A DNA stretch of 64,000 bases from a virus. The translations under genes and the position numbers were made by a program. The stretch is from the IMG/VR virus record IMGVR_UViG_3300034064_001073, positions 1 through 64,000 of that record; one strand, written 5' to 3'. Shown one piece after another: positions 58,666 through 64,000 of this stretch. Every line of letters starts with the position of its first letter. Position 1 is the stretch's first letter. Below the pieces are notes generated by a model. That model made no database searches, was not told the DNA's origin, and saw nothing but the letters and a program-made list of their open reading frames with translations.

Positions 58666-61014
58666 TTATCCTCTTCTTAGCGCACTCAAGGCAAGTGTCA
58701 AATTACCATCATCATTGTACTGCCCCGGCCTAGATCTACTTCTAGTAGGCTTAAGACTTGGGTTTTGGAAGTACAACTCATCTGCGTCATTTAATCCAAC
58801 CATAGAAGGATTAGTCATTCTAACTCTATTAGATTGATCTGCCTGCATCTGTGCTTCTGCGCTGATGTTTTGTTTTGTTGCTCCAGCTAGTGCATTAATA
58901 GGGTGGTCAGCAGGTGCTCCATACGCAGAAGCTTTAGCTGCTGCCCCTACAAATCCAACTGCAGCACCTGCGCCACCTAATCCAAACATTAATGCATTAT
59001 CAGACATAAAACCTGTATTCATTGCAGGTCGAATAGGCACGCCAGCAGGAGCTGCAGGAGCTGTTGCAGGTTGTCCAGGTTTCGCAGGCTTAGCAGCAGG
59101 AGTAACAGTGTGAATGCCAGGTTTTGCAGGATCAAATTCATATGATCTATTAATTCTATGTGCACCTCCAAAGAAATTGTCTTTCTTATACTGCTGAAGA
59201 ACTTGCCGCTCATTCTGTTCAGCGGGCGTCATTCTTGCTGGTAAATTACCTTTCTGAGTTTTCTTTGGGGCTAATTGCTCTAATCTTTCATTGACAGTTG
59301 GAGTAGCAACATCTTTTTCTCTGTAAGGAGTCAATACATCTTTCTCATATGAATTCGCTGCATATCTACCAAGATAAACTGGAGCACCTGCCGCCATACC
59401 AGCTGCACCGGCACCAATTCTACCTATGTCTTGAAATAGAGAACCTGCCATATCTTTTTGGCCTGGCTCAATCATTGCATCTTTTTCTGTCTGGCTAAAA
59501 CGTCTTCTTAAGTCGCTAACTTGCTGATTCTCTGCAGTTGGTTTAAGTTTTGCTTCCTGTTTAAGTAACTCCTGCTTGTTTGATTGTAAAGCACCTATTT
59601 CATCTGTTGCTGCAGCTTCTGCTTTCTGAGCAACTGAATGCGCATTATAGTCTTCTACAAACTGATCAGCTCCTTTCCCAGTTGGAACGGGAGTAGGGGG
59701 AGTAGGAAGATTATACACACCAAAAGAGCCATGATTAGCAGGATAGACACCACGGGACTTAGCTTGCTGAGTTTGTTGACGAGTTGCAGGAGGCGCTGAG
59801 TATTTTATTCCAGCAGCCGCTTGTGCTTTCTCCTCAGGAGTTCCATTCAGTTGCGCATTCAGTCTGGCTCTTTCAGCTCTTGCTTGTGCTGGAGTCATGC
59901 TTGCAAAAGGATTAGTACTTGTTGCTCCTTTAAAATTCTCTGGATTCTTAGGGTCTAATCTTTTGTCTAAGTTTGCCATCTCTTCTAGTCTCTCATCATA
60001 AACGTCATCAGCAACAGGCTTTGCTCCTGCTTTCACACTGTCATCATAAGCCATTTTTTTTTCACCATTTTTCCATCTTTGATCTCTGAGACTTTGGAGT
60101 CTTTCATTCAAACTATGTCTATTGGTGCTTAATTCAGTATGAATAGCATCAAACTCAGTCTGCAAAGCGGGATCAGTCAATGCAGCTTTTACATCTGCTT
60201 GCGGTGATCGCCCAGTCATTCCTACTGTTTTTGCAATTTCGCCTCTTCTAACTCTTAGTTGCCTAGCTCTTTCTCTCTCTGCAGCTTGTTGAGCTTTTGT
60301 TAGTTGTGGCATTCCCCCAAGAGTGGTCTCTAGTCCTGTAATTTCTGCCTCTAGCCTAGTATCCTCTGCAGCTAAACGAGGACCCTCCGATTGACGTACA
60401 ATTTGAGGTCCAGTTGCTGGCTTTGCGGGAGTTCCTTGCCATTTTCCAACCAAAGCCTCTTGCTGTTCTCTTGCGGCAGTCTGTTTTTTTGCAGCCTCGT
60501 CTATTGCTGTGTCAATCCTAGTTACAGCTTCTTTATTTCCTTTTACTGCTGTTCTTGCTTGTCTTTGTCTTTGTACTGCCATAGTAGGAGTAGCAGTTAC
60601 TGTGTCCATTACAGAATCTGTATAAGCTTCAAAGTCGTCAACATTTCCACCTGCAACTGTTTGAAATCCTTGTCTCAGCGCACCAAAAAGAGTCTTTGGT
60701 CTGTTTGGATTAACTGCGTCATAGGCTTTTAATCCGTCAGGGGTCATCATTGAGCGACCAATTGCTCTTAAACCGTAGTCAGCACCCTGAGCTGCAATAC
60801 CAACTGCTCCTCCTACCATAGCTCCAGTAGCCGCTGCTCCTACTCTGCCTGCAACAGGAGTTTCTCCTAGGTATTCATCCTCTTCTGGATTATAACTATA
60901 GGCTCCCTTGATACCACCAGCAATAGCACCTACACCACCAATTCCTAAAGTCCCACCAACGTGGGAAGCAGCTCCACTCATTGACTTGAAAAAATTAACA
61001 ATTGCGTTTGCCAT
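58666..61014 (-). CDS. Ala/Gly/Pro-rich coiled-coil protein with glycine zippers (putative internal/ejected virion protein)
   Basis: 782 aa. GxxxG arrays near both termini (GGTLGIGGVGAIAGGIKG; FGLGGAGAAVGFVGAAA). TAATG overlap with the upstream gene. Confidence 0.5.
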   Translation of the reverse strand: MANAIVNFFKSMSGAASHVGGTLGIGGVGAIAGGIKGAYSYNPEEDEYLGETPVAGRVGAAATGAMVGGAVGIAAQGADYGLRAIGRSMMTPDGLKAYDAVNPNRPKTLFGALRQGFQTVAGGNVDDFEAYTDSVMDTVTATPTMAVQRQRQARTAVKGNKEAVTRIDTAIDEAAKKQTAAREQQEALVGKWQGTPAKPATGPQIVRQSEGPRLAAEDTRLEAEITGLETTLGGMPQLTKAQQAAERERARQLRVRRGEIAKTVGMTGRSPQADVKAALTDPALQTEFDAIHTELSTNRHSLNERLQSLRDQRWKNGEKKMAYDDSVKAGAKPVADDVYDERLEEMANLDKRLDPKNPENFKGATSTNPFASMTPAQARAERARLNAQLNGTPEEKAQAAAGIKYSAPPATRQQTQQAKSRGVYPANHGSFGVYNLPTPPTPVPTGKGADQFVEDYNAHSVAQKAEAAATDEIGALQSNKQELLKQEAKLKPTAENQQVSDLRRRFSQTEKDAMIEPGQKDMAGSLFQDIGRIGAGAAGMAAGAPVYLGRYAANSYEKDVLTPYREKDVATPTVNERLEQLAPKKTQKGNLPARMTPAEQNERQVLQQYKKDNFFGGAHRINRSYEFDPAKPGIHTVTPAAKPAKPGQPATAPAAPAGVPIRPAMNTGFMSDNALMFGLGGAGAAVGFVGAAAKASAYGAPADHPINALAGATKQNISAEAQMQADQSNRVRMTNPSMVGLNDADELYFQNPSLKPTRSRSRPGQYNDDGNLTLALSALRRG

Positions 61015-64000
61015 TATCTGCGCTCCTTGCGTCTGCCTCTGTTGCGTTCTAAGCCACCAGCCATTGCCATAATTTGCATATCAGCCATACCGTTTTTCCT
61101 GCCTCTAGAAGCTGCGTTCACAGACTGAAAAATTTCATTATAGTCATTATAAGACATATCCATAGCATAGGTCATTTCTTCGTTTCTGGCTTGTGAGGCG
61201 TCTACAGCCTGCTGCTTAGAGGTGCCAGGACTTCTATCAAAGTGGAACTTAAAAGCACTTGCAGGACTTAAAACGTTATAGCCTTTTCTTTCTTTGCCAG
61301 GAATACCAGTATGTACACCTGCATAAAATGGATCCGAAAACATCCCCTTATCCGATGCTCTGGCTATTCTTTCTGCTGCGTTAAATTGCTTCTGGTTTAC
61401 AAGATCTTCTTGGGCAGTATTTCTATATAGTACAGTTGCTAAGCCTTGATTGACCATTTCATATGAATAGTTGATTCCAGAGTCGTCAGTTACAATACCA
61501 ACTGAACGACCAAATGTACTACCCTGGCCAGTTACAACTTGGGCTCCAGTTCTAGCCGAAAGTACGTTCGTTAAGTATTGCTTGCCTCTTTGAGCAAATG
61601 GCATTTCGCCAGGACCACCAAAGCCTTCGTGAGCAGTTTCAGGAGCATCCATACCAGAAAGACGAACGCTACCAAGATTACGCCTACCTAAACCCATAAA
61701 TCCTTTACTGATAATTTCTACTGTATCCGCGTCGCCAACTGCGTAATCAACTTTACTAGAATCAATGGCAGACACAGCAAAACCTGCAGGATTCATCTTA
61801 TCAATACCAGTATTAGTGGGAGTCATGACATTTCGCATTGCCCCTCTTCCGCCTCTCTCCCTGACATCCTCAGGGTTAAGTATTTCTCTTTCATCGCCAG
61901 ACATTTTCAGTATATCTTTTGTTGTAGGCTTGTAGCTTGGCATATCTACCATATAATTAGCAGAAGCTCCAGTGACAAATGCGCCAGCTGCGCCAGCCAT
62001 ACCAAGTCCTCTTCTTGCATTCTTCATAATGTACTCAGAAATCTCTGGGCTTGCTCCAGATATCCTGCTCATTAATCCACTGTCTAGTCCTCTTGGGCTA
62101 AAGAGAACAGAGCCAACTGTATCTACTCCTAATTTTAACTTATCTTTTGCAGAAACTGCAAAATTATAAGCAGATCCGATTGTTTCATAATTAGGAGTAA
62201 CAACCTTAGGAGTACTGTAATCGCCTGTCGCGACTAACTCTTTTTTTCTTTCAGATATAGCTTCATATATAAAATCTGCAGAAGAAGCAAGTCTTTCAGC
62301 TCCTGAGCCCCTATTAAGTCTTGATCTAATCCCTTGGATTGTTGGAGCCAAAGAAGTATCTAGAGCGCTTCTAAAGCCGTCACCGCCTGACATTCTTAAA
62401 GCTAAAGAAGCACGAGACACTTCATCTTCTGTCATAGATGGAGTAACAGCTATTCCTTGTTCTGAAAGCCTATCAACTTCATCTTGACTAAAAAGTCTTC
62501 CTGCCTGGTTTTCCTGATGAAGATGAGACTTAAGATCTAGAAGTCTACTGCCCAAATCTCTTGCTTTGATTCCTCTTGCTGTAAAGTTATCACCTTCAGC
62601 ATACCTTCTAATGACAGTGCTCTTCACCCTATTTCTAGCAACGGTCTTCAACTCATCTACGCTGACAGGTAAATCCGTACCCATTTGATGTCCTAGCTGA
62701 CTCTTGATTATATCTTCAATTGGCATATTGCCTGCTTTCAACGCAGCAAAAGACCCACTACCATAACGCTTATCAACGTGCATTCTTGTCGCTTCATCTA
62801 ACTCTTTAGTGTATTCATCTTTGATGAAGTCTTGAATATTCCAGTCAGACTGACTCTTTAATACACTTACTTCCGCACCAGTCGCAGTTACCATTGTATG
62901 CTTTATTCTGCCAACAGCCATTGGCATAGAAAATGCTTCATGCATTGCTGGGTTTACATTTATTGTCTGCAATTTTCCAGCTTCATCGGTGTAACTGTGA
63001 GTAATCATATTTGCAGGATTTGGAGCGTATAGCCCCTCTGCGACACCTGTGTAGCTGTCAACCGTTTCATTAATTCTTAATAACTCTTTGTCTAGGTTAT
63101 AAGCTCTTGTTATGTCAGAGTGCGTTCCTTTTATAGTGCCTTTAGTGGCATCTCTACTTAGTTGGCCTTGCTTAATTCCAATAGGTGTATCTCCAAACCA
63201 TTTTTCATCAAGTTCCAATTCCGTATCTTTAATTTTTGCTAACTCAAGCCATCCCAGCTTTTTCTCGTCTCCTAAAATTGACAAGGATGAGAACAAGGAG
63301 CGCACTTGGTCTAGTGCAGACGCAGATTCCTTAGCACGGTAAATATTTGCAACATCATTTAGTACTTCAGGTAACTTACCTTCTTGCAGTAGTCTACCCT
63401 GAACCATAACGTCAGATAAGGCTTGGTGAGCCTCATCAAAGCCAAGAATAACCTGTGAAGCTAAGTTAATATTCGTTCCAGATGTTAAGTCTCCACTAGT
63501 CTCTATCAGACCAGTCTGCATTAGCCCTGAGAATAACATCTTTGTAAGATCAAGCTGATCTCGGGTATTTAACCCAGCTGATACATTCTTAACATAAGCA
63601 GGCAATAAAGAAATAACGTCTTCATTCTTACCTTGTTGTCTTAGTATTCTTGCTTGTTCCGTGAAGAAGAAGTTATTAGCATCAAGAATATTTCTTTTTC
63701 TTTCGCTTTTCCAAGTAGCAGAAAGCATGCTACGCATGTCTCTCAAACTTGTAATTGTTCCACCAAAAGCTCTAGACATGTCCCTGTCAGAGTTTAAGTA
63801 GTTACCGTGGTCTTCGAGTGAAGGCTCAAAAGCATCCGCAACGCCACTGCGTTTCTGCGTTAAGAAATGTTCCCAAAGTTTACCTACACGAAAAGACTCA
63901 TATGGTAAATTTGCAGCCATAAGTGTTCTTCCTTCTTTGCTTGCCTGTTTGGCAAAAAGCATAGAATGTTTAGCTCCTTCTTTCTGGCTGTATACTCTTT
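61014..64000 (-). CDS. 5'-truncated protein with DEDDh exonuclease-like region and C-terminal staphylococcal nuclease (thermonuclease) domain
   Basis: The frame stays open from 63962 to the window edge (RVYSQKEGAKHS-M). SNase motifs GDADTV, VRLSGMDAPE, TFGRSVG, EMVNQGLA, AERIARASDKGMF. Exo-like ANLPYE, LDLTKM, EAHQALSDV. Confidence 0.75.
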   Translation of the reverse strand, partial: RVYSQKEGAKHSMLFAKQASKEGRTLMAANLPYESFRVGKLWEHFLTQKRSGVADAFEPSLEDHGNYLNSDRDMSRAFGGTITSLRDMRSMLSATWKSERKRNILDANNFFFTEQARILRQQGKNEDVISLLPAYVKNVSAGLNTRDQLDLTKMLFSGLMQTGLIETSGDLTSGTNINLASQVILGFDEAHQALSDVMVQGRLLQEGKLPEVLNDVANIYRAKESASALDQVRSLFSSLSILGDEKKLGWLELAKIKDTELELDEKWFGDTPIGIKQGQLSRDATKGTIKGTHSDITRAYNLDKELLRINETVDSYTGVAEGLYAPNPANMITHSYTDEAGKLQTINVNPAMHEAFSMPMAVGRIKHTMVTATGAEVSVLKSQSDWNIQDFIKDEYTKELDEATRMHVDKRYGSGSFAALKAGNMPIEDIIKSQLGHQMGTDLPVSVDELKTVARNRVKSTVIRRYAEGDNFTARGIKARDLGSRLLDLKSHLHQENQAGRLFSQDEVDRLSEQGIAVTPSMTEDEVSRASLALRMSGGDGFRSALDTSLAPTIQGIRSRLNRGSGAERLASSADFIYEAISERKKELVATGDYSTPKVVTPNYETIGSAYNFAVSAKDKLKLGVDTVGSVLFSPRGLDSGLMSRISGASPEISEYIMKNARRGLGMAGAAGAFVTGASANYMVDMPSYKPTTKDILKMSGDEREILNPEDVRERGGRGAMRNVMTPTNTGIDKMNPAGFAVSAIDSSKVDYAVGDADTVEIISKGFMGLGRRNLGSVRLSGMDAPETAHEGFGGPGEMPFAQRGKQYLTNVLSARTGAQVVTGQGSTFGRSVGIVTDDSGINYSYEMVNQGLATVLYRNTAQEDLVNQKQFNAAERIARASDKGMFSDPFYAGVHTGIPGKERKGYNVLSPASAFKFHFDRSPGTSKQQAVDASQARNEEMTYAMDMSYNDYNEIFQSVNAASRGRKNGMADMQIMAMAGGLERNRGRRKERR

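Noticed and set aside
558-63342. The many short plus-strand and nested minus-strand ORFs in the track (60-219 aa)
   Set aside because: They lie within, or straddle, long tightly packed minus-strand genes and show no recognisable motifs; they are shadow ORFs.
1-64000. Alternative genetic code, tRNAs, introns or inteins
   Set aside because: Very long ORFs tile the window under the standard code; intergenic gaps are under 110 nt with no cloverleaf seen; no intein or homing-endonuclease motifs were noticed in terL, portal or MCP.

Overview
The whole 64 kb is one minus-strand virion morphogenesis region of a large, probably jumbo, contractile-tailed (myovirus-type) phage with about 40% GC and the standard genetic code. 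Read in transcription order (right to left) it encodes: four large glycine-zipper/hydrophobic proteins that are probably ejected (a 5'-truncated DEDDh-like + staphylococcal-nuclease protein, a 782-aa protein, and two paralogues with a shared 300-aa C-terminus but unrelated N-termini); terminase large subunit; two unknowns; portal, joined to a MuF-like domain only through a -1 shift in an A10 run; a multidomain prohead protease; a Dps-like ferritin with an acidic tail; a capsid accessory protein; major capsid protein; neck genes; tail sheath; three tail-tube paralogues; two tail chaperones; two giant proteins in the tape-measure position; cell-wall hydrolases (SLT-like and two M15 peptidases); a 2666-aa baseplate hub; and baseplate genes. 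The main discovery candidate is the 2330-aa protein in the tape-measure slot. It carries, in the right order, motifs of both double-psi beta-barrels of a two-barrel RNA polymerase, including DFDGD, so it may be a single-chain virion RNAP encoded in the tail module. Other highlights are the variable-cargo/constant-C-terminus paralogues with internal signal-peptide-like segments (one with a caspase-like His/Cys dyad), the portal-MuF frameshift, and an iron/redox theme in the head genes (Dps and a HiPIP-like domain). All family calls come from motif recognition by eye; no searches were run.
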